Shown here: piece by piece, positions 13,102-26,193 of the stretch
Position numbering within the stretch: position 1 is the stretch's first letter
Layout: every line of letters begins with the position of its first letter
NCBI GenBank assembly: GCA_020536535.1
Contig: JAHLWZ010000423.1
Location: 124,001-188,000, forward strand
DNA length: 64,000 nucleotides
DNA from: Pelomyxa schiedti
Taxonomy: Eukaryota > Protista > Evosea
Direction of reading: 5' to 3'
The notes under the pieces: generated by a model
What the model was told of the DNA's origin: nothing
Seen by the model: only the letters and a program-made list of their open reading frames with translations
The model's database searches: none
Program-made: the position numbers and the translations under genes

Positions 13102-13169
13102 ACAAATCCCAAAACCAAGAGAACAATGTGCATAAGAATTCTACAAAAGTTTTTTTTGATTTTTGGCCT

Positions 13170-16100
13170 TTACAACAATTTACTGATAGCAGCGGCGGCG
13201 GCATCATTCCTTTTTGCCTTACGAATTTGCTTTTGTGCTACCAAGCCTTCACTGGCAAAGGAAGAGCTTGGTGCTTTCTCCGCTGCCCGTTCGTCTCGTA
13301 GCACTGCGTCCATTTGCTCTACCTTGTTGCTGAAAGACTCCATAACGTCATCGTCTGCACCAACTCGCGCCATAAATCTTTGGGCAGCACGGGCTTCTAG
13401 TTGAGCCTTGGAACAGTCATTTCGCCTTTAATGGTATTAGGAAAATACCTGTTCATAATTTCCTCCCTTTGCTAATCTGGCGGCGGCACGTGCAGCGTGC
13501 GCACCAATAACTTTCGCGTTTGCTGCGGCTTCTGCTTCATCCCGGTTTTCTGTTACTTGGATTGTAGCTGTGGAGACACGGAGATGAATGGCACCATCTG
13601 GTCGAGTAAAGAGTAGTTGAACCTAGTAGCAGGGTTGCAGGGACTCTAAGATTGTGTTTAATCTAACCTGGAAGGGAATATCAGTGAGGCCCGTCATATC
13701 AAATTCTTCCTTTGTTCGGAAAGCATATGAAAAAGTGCATTCACTTACTGTTGTGACATTGCCCAGATCTTTCACCTTGAGAGCGAGTTTATCATCTTGA
13801 AGTTTTTCGGGAAGGACTTACCACCCAAAATCTTTGTTCTTTTTCGTCATCCATCTCACCGCGGAAGCGGAGGCCGCGGTGAAGAAGAATCATCGCCATG
13901 GACCCATAAGCTAGGAGTACTCAGTAAGAGGGCAATTTTTTCGACGGATATACCTATTACAGGGGGAGCTCCAACAATGGCATTGAGTTGCTTGGTCAAA
14001 ACAGTGGGGTCCACTCTCTCCACAGTTCCACTGGTCTTTTCAGTGACAACACTCAACGATTCAAGACGGCAATCAGTGCCAATTAGAGAAAGTACGGAAA
14101 CAGTTACACCCCTTGTTAAAGAAAGAAGGAAGTTTCAGGAAATTATGAAGTGGACAGAGTGAATACCTCAGCACGGCTTGTTCTCCACATTCAGTGTAGA
14201 AGGCAACAAAATCCTTCTCTCTGCCTTCCAAGGATCCTAATCCCTGTTTTCAAATTAAAATTAAAATTAAAATTACAAATATGGGAACAAACAAAACCTG
14301 ATTGGCTAGTCCATCTGTACATAGAATCACGTTCGATCCCGGTGCAGTGCCTGCCATTGCTATGCCCAAGAGTAAGGCGGGACCGAGAGCAGTTGCACCA
14401 CTTTCTTCCAAACTATAAAGGGCTTTTTCAAGTCCTTTCTGTGCATCGGCCACCTTTCTAGTTAGTCTAAATTTGCTGCCAATCGACCCAAGCTCTTCCC
14501 AAGAACTTAAGCGATCCCCAGCAACTAAGAAAATATGAGTCTATGCTCCTTGAATGCAGTTCAAACCTGTCACAGTATCTTGAAGTCCGTCTCCAATAAG
14601 TACAACTTCATTGTTAAAGGCAATGAGGCCTATTGTTGTTTAACCAAATAGGTTTGACTTGGTTCCTGCTTACCAACTCGTTTGTTTGGATGTTCACGGA
14701 CTAGGCGTTTGATCTGCTCTTCAATGGCCATCTAGGGCAACGGATCAGAAGACAAGTTGTAAAAGAAGAAGGCAACTTGTAGGCACTGCAAGCGACTAAC
14801 ATGTGTCACTCCTCTCTTCTCTCGAGGAAGATACTGGCTCCCAAACTCATCAGTTGCTTCCTTCAATTTGCTACTTGTAAGGTTTGAGCGGCGCAGATCC
14901 ACATTGCCATGAATCTCGGTGGTTACGCACATACTTCCGCTGATATCAAGAACGAAGACGATATTTGCACCAAGTTCCGATTCACTGACAACGGGAGCAG
15001 GTTGCACAAGGTAATCGACAACAGGTGCTCCGGGAACCTCTCCGCCATCAAGATCCAATTTGTTGGCTTTCTGGCGTAAGCTTTTTCTATGAACAATTTC
15101 AAAGTACCTGCACCACAAAATTCACAGCACCAGTATGATGTCTTTTCATCGGATGCAGTAGAATCTATGGAAGGTCATTTTGACCCAATACCAGGAAAAA
15201 GTCATACCTGCTTTAGATCCCACCCATGATGCACCCTCGAACCTGGTGTGAATAGGAGGAGCGGGTGTAAAAGAGGGTCCAAGTGCCGTCTGCTCTGTTA
15301 GGGCTTGCGCCTCAGCACTCGTCAACATTTTTGTTGCGGAGTGTGAACTGAAAATAACACCACATCTCTTGCACATGACGGGATCACCAGTCATTAAGCT
15401 TGCTTGTTCTGACAGAGTGTTGAGGCTGAGTTTCACAACATTAACATCAGTTTTTTTGGCTTTGTGCTTTTTACTGGGAGCAGCTGCAGTTGGTGTTGAT
15501 GCTGATGCCTTCGCGGCAGGTTTGGAGGCCACCCTTTTGGAATCTATTGCTGCCTCTAACTCAGAGTCACTGTATATGGGTTGAACCACTTGAAAATCGT
15601 TGACTCGTACCTTATTGACTCTGCATCATCATCGTCGCTTAGGACAGCTTCTTTGGTGGCATCTAGAACGGCATCCGACGCAGACAACTCGACACCTAAC
15701 TTCCTTCCTATGGCCTCACAGAGTAGCAACACAGTGCTTGTGATGTTTTCGTTTGCCTTGGAACTGCATTCAGACAGTCTGAGGCCATAGGAATCAGCAA
15801 ACTCTTGAGCTTCCCTTGTACTAACGCAATCGGGCCGGGAAGTCCTGAGGTCAGACTTCATGCCAACTATAACAGTGGAGACCGACTCCGCGGCATATCG
15901 TTCAACTTCGCCAAGCCATTGCTTTAGGTTGTCATACGAATGTCGGTCACTGATATCGCTGTTAACCAAAGTAAGTACAGTATAAAAGGTGGAAGTTTCA
16001 AACTAGCAGATCAATATGCCATGTGCACCACGGTAGTCTGTGGAAGAAAAAGAAATTAGGTTTATGGTCATGCAATGCTGTGAGTGTGCGACACACAAGA

Positions 16101-16758
16101 ACTAGTGATGGTCCTGAATCTCTCTTGACCAGCTGTATCCTGTGTGAGTCATGAGAATTGTCATAACGTTAATTAAGGATGAATGAACGTACCCACACTT
16201 GCAATTTAATAACCTTCCCACCCATCTCCACGGTTCTTATTTTCTGGCAAGTGTAAAGGGAAACTAATAGAAGAAAAGTGATGAAGGACTTACAAAATCA
16301 ACACCTTCAAAGAATTAATTGGTAAAACAAAAGGAGTTTAGGCGCACCAATTGTGCTAATGAAAGACTCAGTGAAGTACGAGTCATCTGAAAATCGCAGT
16401 AAGAAGCACGACTTGCCCACACCTGAGTCCCCTATGAATAAGGTTAATAGTGTACACGCAAATGGGAACAACTTCTACCCACCTATGAGTAAAAGTTTGA
16501 ACAAGTAGTCATATTCCGAGGCCCCTCTTACCACTCTCTCTTTCTGCTTTGCGTACGCAACCTTACCACCAAAGGAAAAAAGTCCTCCCGATGACGCTGC
16601 GCTAGCAGTCTAAAATGGTGAGCGAGCTGAAGGAGGAAAAAAGCGCGAAAAAAGAGGAAAAAGACCTTTGTCGCAGCAGGTGTTGTGGTAGGTGCTGTAG
16701 ATGGTGTCGCTGTCGCTGACGTTGATGCTGATGCCGCTTTGCTTGGATCTGACCCCAT
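13170..16758 (-). CDS. Rab1-like small GTPase fused to a Sec23/24-type zinc finger and vWA domain (cpRas/CPAS1-like architecture)
   Basis: Spliced [51 protein letters not shown] and ECSSK. These continue in frame into CKRC...WCCEFC and vWA motifs ([28 protein letters not shown]). Confidence 0.85.
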
Positions 16759-16847
16759 GTCGGTTTTTTTTTGTGGTGTTGTGGTACGGGCTCAAATTTC
16801 TGAATTTTTTTATTGCTCCTTCGACAGTTCTTCCCGGAAAACTATTT

Positions 16848-16982
16848 CACCCCGGCAATCCCCCACTCAGTGTTGGCTCTTACACTCTGGCTTCAATCCT
16901 CTGGGTACAGTCAAGAGTCACTTTCCTCCAAGTGTTTACTAATGAGGACAGGGCTCCCATCAAGGAGTCCTAGACCCGGGTG
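16848..16982. ncRNA. Candidate structured intergenic element A
   Basis: Closing CACCCCGG/CCGGGTG with inner GGCTCTT/AAGAGTC, TCCTC/GAGGA and AGGGCTCC/GGAGTCCT. Ends about 30 nt before the radical SAM ATG. Confidence 0.4.
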
Positions 16983-17011
16983 TTCTTTCCTTTTTCGCAC
17001 CCAAAATCCAG

Positions 17012-19393
17012 ATGCAAGCGGTTGTTGTGGGGGCGCCCGAATACAGTGGTATGTAAGCCCCCCCATAATGTGGAATTGCCACCAATAGTAACCACCAAAG
17101 ATACTGACCCTTCGTTATCTCTGAATCCGCTTCTGGTTGAGGATCACTACCACGCCTCTGTGCCTTTCCTCATTGAGTATTTCACAAATGGCAAAGTTGT
17201 TATGCGGCTATGTGTTTTTTCCTGTTATGTTTCGTTTCACTGTTGTGGGTGATGTAGTGTGTTTTCTTTTTGTTTCTGCTTTGTAATTTAACTATTTGGC
17301 TTGTGGGTGACATTCACTATTTATGTTATTGGAAGAATGCACACATGGCACACACCAAAGTTGAAGAAGGAAAAACAAGAGTGCACGTAATGCTTGGCGC
17401 TGTCTTTATAGGACAACTTTTGCAACGGGAACGTGGTGTTAAGTGCCACCTTGTTCACACTTACTGTAATTCTCCTGCTGCAACCTCTGATTTTGAGGAA
17501 AAAGTGGCTGCATCATCAATCGTTTTGATCAGTACTACACTGACAACAAATTGGTGGTTTACCGAGAAAATTGCGCAACATGCAAAAAGAGTTAATCCTC
17601 AGGCTACTGTAATCGCTGGAGGGTTGAGAGTTTTCAAGTGCTCCTGGTTCCTGCACCCCAAACTTCTTTCTTAGTTTCCTTAGGTCATACATATCCAAAG
17701 TCCTTGAGGACCAGCAACATGCAGTATTCCTCAATCCTACTCCAATCTTTGGTGCTCCATTTTCTAGTGCTGTTGATTTCCTTATAGTGAGTGTATATGG
17801 ACAGGCTACACTCCTTAGTCTCTACGACTCTTTGATTAATGTCATCACCTTGTTTTCTTCTGTATTGTAACACTCTAAAAGTCTGATCAAAGTTGGAAAT
17901 CTTTAAGTAATATTGCTTGGTATGACCACTCTCAAAGGAACTTTCACATAAACACCAGTACCAAATATTTATTGCCTTACTTTTGAAAACTTTTAACAGT
18001 AGAGGAGGAGCAACCAGTTGATTGCGAGGTGGATTGGTCGCTGGTGTCGTTTCCCCAATGGCCCAAGGTCTGGTATCCAGTACAAGTCGGGCAAGGCTGT
18101 CCATTAAAGTGTCTTTCCGTTTGATATCTTTACTAAGTAGTAACCCAGATGTGGATTCTGTGACTACGGTTCAGTTGCACCCAAAATGACTTGGTGTACC
18201 CCAGAATCAGTATTTCGTACACTAGAAAGTATTCCTCGTGATTCTGATGGATTTAGAAGAGTGCACCCACCCCCTTTCTGTTCTAAATAACGATTCCCAG
18301 GTCCTCTTCACTAATGACAATCTGTTCTCCAATAAAGTTTATGCGCAGACATTCTTCAAAGAACTTATCAGTCGGCACCTTGGTGTAGTGTGGAAGGGTT
18401 TTGTTAGGTTTTGCAGTTTATCTATAATCCTCCTCCAACACCATTCCGCCAGGGCGGACTCGATACAAGACGAAGAAATGGCTGACCTTCTGAAGTCCGC
18501 TGGTTGTAAGTTCGTGTTCATTGGTATGGAAAGTGGAGATGACACAGTGCTACGAAATATGCAGAAACATTGTACCGCTGAGGTAAATAGAAAGCAAGGA
18601 TAACATTTCCTAAAGAAAATAAAATAAAAAAGATGATTCGTAAATGTGTGTTACTCCTTCTTTCTAGGGGGATTATTGTCCGACTTTCACTTGTAGTCGG
18701 GTTCCCAGGGGAAACAAAGGTGAACTAGTGATCCTTCTCACTTCTCTCATTATATAATAATCAAAGCAAACCTGGCAAAATACAATGGATTTTTTAAATT
18801 CTATTCCTCCTATTGGGTGCATTGAAGTACAGGTATTCTTATCAGGATTCCAAACCGAAATCTAATACGTGAAAGCCCTTTCCGCTTGTTGTATCACCAC
18901 TTGCGCCCGTTGGACAGCAACCCATGCGGCAAACATACGGCCTGAAAGGACTATGGGCCACCTGGTCACACAATACAATGTCATCATCTGAAGCCAGTGC
19001 AATTGCAAAAACTACACCGGGAATGCTCTTACCACATCTATCTGTTTGCTATGATACAGGTGAGTACTCCTTTTATCTCAAACTTCTATTCTTTTTCTTT
19101 TTTTTCGCCCCTAAAGTTAGAATTCTAAAGATTCTATTACCGATGATATAGCACATATCAACACTGATTTCCGCAGAGAGGTCTATCGCCTTAGGAATCT
19201 TGTACTGCATTCCTTCTTTTTTTTTACTACAGCATTAACACATGGTGAATTTCAGCTTGCGCGGGAACAACGAACAACCGGCACAACAAACCCGCAATTA
19301 TGGGCACAGCTTGAATCAGCCGTTCTTTCCATGATCACCAGCGCTTCCCCCCCGCACACCCAGCCACCCACAAACGCAATCATGGGAGAGTAA
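17012..19393 (+). CDS. B12-binding domain radical SAM protein (class B radical SAM methyltransferase-like), many introns
   Basis: N-terminal Rossmann-like cobalamin domain (IVLISTT..IAQHAKRVNPQATVIAGG); CxxxCxxC motif GQGCPLK|CGFCD split by an intron near 18109-18148; FTNDNL; LLKSAGCKFVFIGMESGDDTVLRNMQK; LVVGFPGET. The start (MQAVVVGAPEYS) is inferred from splicing. Confidence 0.85.
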
Positions 19394-19568
19394 ACCACGG
19401 AAGAGCCCACTCCAATTTGTCCCACAAGAACAAGATTTCTCGTTTCGCGTTTCGCGTATTTTTTTGTTGTCACAATCCAAGGGACATTCAAAAAGCAAAG
19501 AACCTTTTTTTCCTTTCAAAAACTTGTATCAGTATCATTTAGGGCACCAACCTAGCCACATTAAACAA

Positions 19569-21012
19569 ATGACGAGTTGGAAAACGTTTGCTATTGGGGG
19601 CGCTGTGGGTGTTGGTGCTATTTTGGCTCTCAAGAAGTATTGTGGGGGTCCAATGTGCACATACTCCCCTTCATTGAAAGGTGGCAAATTCCGGAATTTG
19701 TTATTGACTCCTTGTCTTTGTCACAGTTTTTGTTTTATTTTCTTTTTGTTGTGATAGCTAATTTTGAACAGGTCAGCTGGCTGTTGTTACGGGGGCAAAT
19801 ACTGGAATTGGATATGAAACAGCACTGCGCCTCGCTGAGCTTGGTGCAACCGTTGTCATAGCTGTCAGGGATATCGCGGTATTCAATCAACTCGAACTCA
19901 ATGGTCTGCTGACTTTGAAAATAGAAGGGAGAAGCTGCCATAGCATCCATGAAGGCCCACTCTGGCCCCGCCCTGGATTTAGTCTGCATGCAGCTGGATT
20001 TGGCCTCCCTAGAGTCGATTCGTGCATTTGCTCAAGGTACCTTTGTTTATCAGGACCTTATCCTTATATTCGCTCTTTTGGCTAGAATTCGAATCAAGGT
20101 ACAACAGGTGCAACATATTGATCAACAACGCCGGTGTAATGATGTGCCCGTATATGCAAACAAGAGGTTGTGATACTTTTCCAAAAAAAAGTTAAACTAA
20201 ACGATGGTCAGATGGCTTTGAAATGCAATTTGGAACAAATCACCTTGGTCACTTCTTACTCACAAACTTGCTTCTGCCAGGTTCTACATCCCTCCTTGGG
20301 ATCCAGCAGATTTAATTCTGCTTCTTCCGATTCGAATTCCCGCACCTTAATGTTTGCAGTTCTATGCCGCAGCAAGGCACGTGTCGTCAACCTATCTTCC
20401 TATGGGCACACCATGGCTCCCCCCTGTGGTATTGAATTTGACAACCTCAACCCTGGCCCAGCAGCCTACAGCAGCACCAAAGTTAGCTTTCCCCTATTAA
20501 CTGTTTCACGACCAAACCAAATCATCTTACATAGGCTTATGGTCAAAGCAAACTAGCAAATATTCTATTCACCAAGGAGCTTCAAAGGAGACATGGAACA
20601 GACATCTCAGTTTATGCAGTGCACCCTGGTTTTGCCGTTTTCTCTCGCCACACAAACTGACATAAAATACCATCAACAGGTGCAGTAAGGACTGAGTTAA
20701 CACGCCATTTCAATGGCGTTCTGTTGTCTCTGATAGCTCCAATTGGGTATGCAGTGGCTTGTTTGATACCTCAAAGCTTCTCACTGACTTTTCTTTTTTT
20801 CTGTGTCAAGGTGGGTGCTGCTAAAGTCACCAATACAAGGGGCACAGACATCATTGCACTGTGCTCTGGCTCCTGAGGGCCATTTGCCTACTCAGGTCCA
20901 ACCTGGCCTCTATTACCAGGACTGTCATCGGCAGACTGTGTCTTCGGCCGCAAATGATGCTGACTTGGCAAAGAAGTTGTGGAGTGTGTCTGCCGACTTG
21001 GTGAAGCTGTAG
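19569..21012 (+). CDS. Short-chain dehydrogenase/reductase, retinol dehydrogenase 11-14/WWOX-like
   Basis: [46 protein letters not shown], catalytic YGQSK, VHPGAVRTEL and GAQTSLHCA. Confidence 0.93.
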
Positions 21013-21081
21013 GTGCTGGATTTCCCGCCATACGATTGGTGCCCCGAATAAAAAGACATGGGATTTGACACCCGCTCTTAC

Positions 21082-22250
21082 TTAATACTTGATGTAGTTT
21101 TGTTTTCTGGTGAACTTGGAGGCGGGGTTTGACTTGTATGCAGTTTGTATCAGGTTGTAACTAAGGGAAATGTAAGGCATTTGGTGGAGTGAGTTGATCG
21201 TACAAGAAGGAGTAGTAGAAGAGCAAATTGTCATAGGCACCAGCATAGGGAGAGCTCTGCGAGGCTTCAAAATGTTCTCTCATAAATTGATAGATTGCTA
21301 AATGAGTGTGAGGTGGGAAAGACTCTAAAGACTCACCTTCGATGGTTGCTAAAAATTCATCCCCGTGTTGTTGATAGCGCCAAAATAGTGTTTTGCTTGT
21401 CACAATCTTCACACATCTAAGTTTTTGGAGATTGGGGTGCCGCAGCACAGCATTTGCCTTGTGCCACTGTACAGAGTTAGACTTGCCACAAAAAACAAAA
21501 GCCTGAAACCTGTGAATCAATAACTACAAGTTTCCTGACTTGTCTCAAATCTTCCAGACTCAATTCATTCAAAGAAACGGAGGTCTATCACATGAAAAAG
21601 CTTGTTTGGTGTTTGAATTTGGATGTTTGAATTTGTATATTTCACTTGATTTACCCTCACGCTATTATTAACACCAGTATTAGTTTCCATACTTTTGATG
21701 GATATAGCAACAAGTGATCAGAAAGACTATAGTCAGGAACGTTAGGGTAATCTATAATCGAAACTTGTGTAGGAGCAAGAAGTTTGGCGTGAACGGCGGT
21801 GCTCTTGGTAAGTAACTCAGTTGGGTAATGTATGCTGTAATATATTAGAAGAAAGTCTTCGAAGATGAGAAGCGAGTACATGTCCACGTCTACAGGGAGT
21901 CTGAAATCCGGAATTCGGCAAAAATTGATATAGCACTCACAACAAAAGTACTTCCGCATGTGACCACACTTTGGGCATTTGGCACGGCTCATCGTCTGCA
22001 GTTCATCGTGCGTTGCTATTTTCATTCCCGAGAACGCCGTTTCTTGCGACGGAGAAGGAGTGACACAACTCGAGGTCGTGGTACAAGCACTGGTCGAAGT
22101 TGAACTGGCAGAAGCGGAACAAGTGGAAGACGGCGAGATCTCTGCATGTCCAGTTTGGTCCGGTGCCTCCGGGGTTAAAGACGATGATGTGGTGGTTGTC
22201 TCCGTGTTGCATTCTGCAGGCCCCGCAGTGGCTTCGCTTCCGGATCTCAT
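21082..22250 (-). CDS. DTWD1: DTW-domain tRNA-uridine aminocarboxypropyltransferase (DTWD1-like)
   Basis: CPKC..KYFCCEC, KSTAVHAKLLAP, LLYPS, VIDSQW (DXTW motif), FWRYQ..LATIE and YDNLLFYY. Confidence 0.85.
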
Positions 22251-22454
22251 TCTTTGATGATGGACTTTGTAGATTTTAATGATAATCTTTTTTTTTGATT
22301 CGATCAACGCATCCGAATTCTAGATTACGAGAACATGCCAAACTGACCATTTTAAGTACCCGGCACTAAATTCAAAGTGAAAAACTAAACAAATCTTGAA
22401 CGAAGAAGGGTGGTGTTGGTACACCGAAACCACAGATCCACACTTCAATACGGA

Positions 22455-25450
22455 ATGACCGACAGTGCAGTATGTCTATTTGTCGTTCTTTTCGTTTCTA
22501 ACTCGCTCAGGAAAAACGTTCACATCGAAGCCTCAGTTTCGATTCATCGGGGGGTACAAATGCCGTTAAACACGATACTTGCACTAACCAAAATCCAACA
22601 AAAACAATATTTTAAAATATAAAAGAGTCTAGGCATGGATACCACCATCATTCCAGTCATTCCCCACGCACTACCGTAGTAACTTCGTCACACCATTCAG
22701 CACACCATTCAGCACACCATCATCACCACCATCGCGAGGCAGGCGAAGGCGACTCGGCAGAAACGTCCGAGTCAAACACGACTGCGAGCACAGCTCCTCC
22801 TCTTCCGCCTCCGATTTCTCCTCTGGAATCTTCCGCTGCACCAGAATATAACGAAAGCAGCTCTAGCAGTGATTCTGAAAGTGACACTGAAAGTTCCACT
22901 GTAGCTGAAGTTACTGCCACCTCAAATTCAGCTTCTGCATCCTCCTCAGCTTCAGCGTCCACCAATCTTAGTGCAGCATCAGGTTCTTCTGGATATGACT
23001 CTCCACGATTGCCATATGTACCAAAAGCAACCACTCGACCACGAAGTCGAACATCTGATGACTTTCGCAGGAATTCAATGTTTGAATTATCACCCATTGC
23101 CTGAATAATCAAACGTTCAAAAGGGATGGCAATGAAAGCAAACTGGCCAAGTTATTAGGGTCCGAACTAACTGGAGCAATGCTTGCTGCCACAGCAGAAG
23201 CAGTACGTCACTTTACTCGTACCACAAAACAAACATAGCACGCAACATGCAATTTTAAGTTAAACATACACTCTGAACTAACTATAATAACAAGCCAAAA
23301 CCATCATCTGTTCCCATTCTTTTGTATCTGCCAGAAGGTGTTGATTCGGCCATCACTGTACTTCTTTTTTTGTCCATACTTCTTTTTTCTTTGACAACTA
23401 CCAGCACTTCAGTGAACCTGGGGAACCTCCCCCATCAGTAGCAGATTTGTGTAATCTACACTATCCAAAATTTGAGGAACCTGACTCTGAAGATAATGTT
23501 AAATGGATGCGGGTTCCTATCGACCAGACCTCAAATGTAGAATGCTATCTTCCACCTTTCCTCCCCCTTACTCGTTGCCTCCATCCTAGCTCCCACCAGG
23601 AGCAAGAGATGTTATGATCCGAGGAGGGAATGTATATAAACTTATACAATTTCTCACTCACCAAGAGGAAATTGGTATGTTGTTCAGGTGATCAAATATT
23701 TGACTCACACCAACTCAGATTTAGCATACACACAATCATTTTTAATCTCATACTCTGCTTTCATGACAGGCACTGACCTTCTAGATTTATTAGTTGTAAG
23801 GTAGCAGTCAAATTCCTTGTTCCCTAGGGACAATCTGAAATGTATCACCAGATTTTTCTTGAGACGGCCACTCGGTTCTCCCGCCTCTTGGGTTACTGAT
23901 GTGCGAGCTAAAGTTAGACTGAGGTACTAGCGTCTTTCTTTCCTTTATTTCCAATACTTTATTAGAGTCATTAGCATGCTGAAAATGTGGGCTTCACAGT
24001 ACAACGACGATTTCTCTGAAAATCCCCAAATGATGACAAAAATAAAAGAAATCCTGGCATTATTCTCTGAATCCTCAAAGCTTGCTGGAAGTGTTAGTCT
24101 TGAAAAGGTCTGTGTTGGACTCGCTATTGTGCTTAATAACACAATCCCAGCCAAAAGAGCGAGCAGTCATCGAATCAGCTTTTCCACAGCCTGTAATTTT
24201 AATTGGACTCACACCAGAATCCCCAATCAGATCTATACTTGACATGCACCCTGAAGAAATGGCCAGACAAATTGCACTTATTGAGTGGGATTTGTGGAAA
24301 AAAGTACGTCCAAAAGGTGAATTCACTTTAGGAGTATCCCATCTTAGAAATCCTCCTTCTTTAGAATTCATTGGCCAGAACTGGAATAAGCCTGCTCGTA
24401 AGGAAACACATGCCCCGAATATCTCTAAAATGATCATGGAATCGAATAGGGTACCCCATGCTTTATTTCACAAAAACTGAATGCACTATCCAGAGAACTT
24501 GTTGGGCTATCACCGAAATAGTTCACCAAAGAGATCTCAAGGACCGTGCGGTTGCAATTCATCGATTACTCTTGTGTGCTGAAGTACGAGTACCAGCTTT
24601 AAACCAATAACTAATGTAATAAGGCATCGTTCCAAATACGAAATTTTAATGCTGTAATGGAAATCATATCTGCACTTCAAAACTCTGCTGTTCATCGCCT
24701 AAAAAATACATGGGAGGTAATTTCTGGGGTTTTTTTTTTTTAAATCAATCATTTGCACAAAGATACTGTCTCCAGCAGCCTGGGATATTTATGATAAACT
24801 CACTGCATTATTCGATGCTAAGGGCAACTTCCAGGTTTACAGGGATGCCCTCAAGGTTGCTGTTGCACCTTGTCTCCCCTACCTAGGTAATCACTCACTC
24901 TTTTATTTTCTGTGTTCACCTTCTCAGGTTCCTTCTTGACGGATATAATTTTTGCGGGGGATGGAAACCCTGACAAAATTCCACAAACTGATTTGATTAA
25001 CTTTGTTAAATACAGAAATCTTACCAGCATAATTAAGTGTGCTCTCCTTTGACAAACTTGCAAATAATTCATCAAAACCTCAGAGGCATTCAAGTGTGGC
25101 AAAACCAGGGATTTTCCTTGGCCACAGTCCCAGCTGTTCAAAACTACCTTATAAACGCAGCTGCAACCTCCCTTTCCACTGATGCCTGCTACGACATCAG
25201 CCAGGAAATTGAACCCGCAAACACACAACAAAGAGGGTATCCTTTCCCACCATCAACATTTTACCAACCAATGGCAGAACCATGGGAAAAGAAGCTGCAG
25301 CCAAGCGAACTGCTGCAGAAAAAACTTCCAAGGTATAATAACTTGTTGGTATAGAATCCTTAACTCACTTCCTTGTAGGAAGTGTTTTCCAAGGAGGAAA
25401 AGTTGCTCACCAAATCAAAGAAAGCGGCTCTCAAAAAAGAGAAGAGTTGA
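22455..25450 (+). CDS. RasGEF (REM + CDC25) with His/Ser-rich N-terminus
   Basis: IRGGNVYKLIQFL, MLKMWASQYNDDF, HPEEMARQIALIE, NFNAVMEIISAL, CLPYLG-SFLTDI and DGNPD..LINFVK. Start and end come from manual splicing. Confidence 0.88.
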
Positions 25451-25521
25451 ACGAAGTAGGCAATACTTAGTAAATAAAAAATGTTTTATGTTGATTGACA
25501 ACTGGTTTTTTTCTGGATAAA

Positions 25522-26141
25522 TCAAGACAGGACATAGAGGATTTCTGCCTTGTAACCGTCACAGCCACTGTAAGACACTGTGTAGTTTGAGCCAACGGGG
25601 TTCACATAGATACTGCAGGAGTTGTAGCCAATCTCTGGAAGGTCCCACTTGGCAACTCTAAATGAGAAATAAGTGTCCTCAAACAGGCGTATATCTATGG
25701 TTCTCTACGTCATAGTGATGGGAAAACATACACGGAGTACCCGGTTGTACCAATTTTGTATGTAACGCTGGGCAGAGAGAAATAAAGTCAGTAAAAGCAG
25801 AAGAAAGTATAGACCCACCTTCCCTCGATTCCAACACAAATGTCAGTAGCGGACCAAGTAGTGTCAGAATTTCCATAGACGGTCTTAGCCAGTGTAAGTA
25901 CATGTTGGGGATTCTTTCGTTTGTACATACAGTTGCGGGTGTCGACTCCCATTTTCCATCGGTCAAAGTGTATCCGGTGATGCTCAGCTGGTCACTCGCT
26001 TGGTTGCTAAGTGCTACGACAATTAGTGCGAGTGTTGACACAGGGGGAAAAAAGGTTACTGGCATCAAGGTGCACTGGGCAGTCCTTTAGGGCAACAGCC
26101 AAGGCAACGAACGCAAGAACGCAAACTGTCCTAGATATCAT
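25522..26141 (-). CDS. Small secreted beta-sandwich protein, aegerolysin/ET79-like
   Basis: Signal peptide MISRTVCVLAFVALAVA; LSNQASDQLSITGYTLTDGKWESTP; C-terminal KWDLPEIGYNSC..GCDGYKAEILYVL. The family call rests on motif resemblance only. Confidence 0.55.
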
Positions 26142-26193
26142 CGGTGCTGTCTTTTTGTTTTTTTTTGTTTTCTCTTCTTTTCTTGTGCCATTT

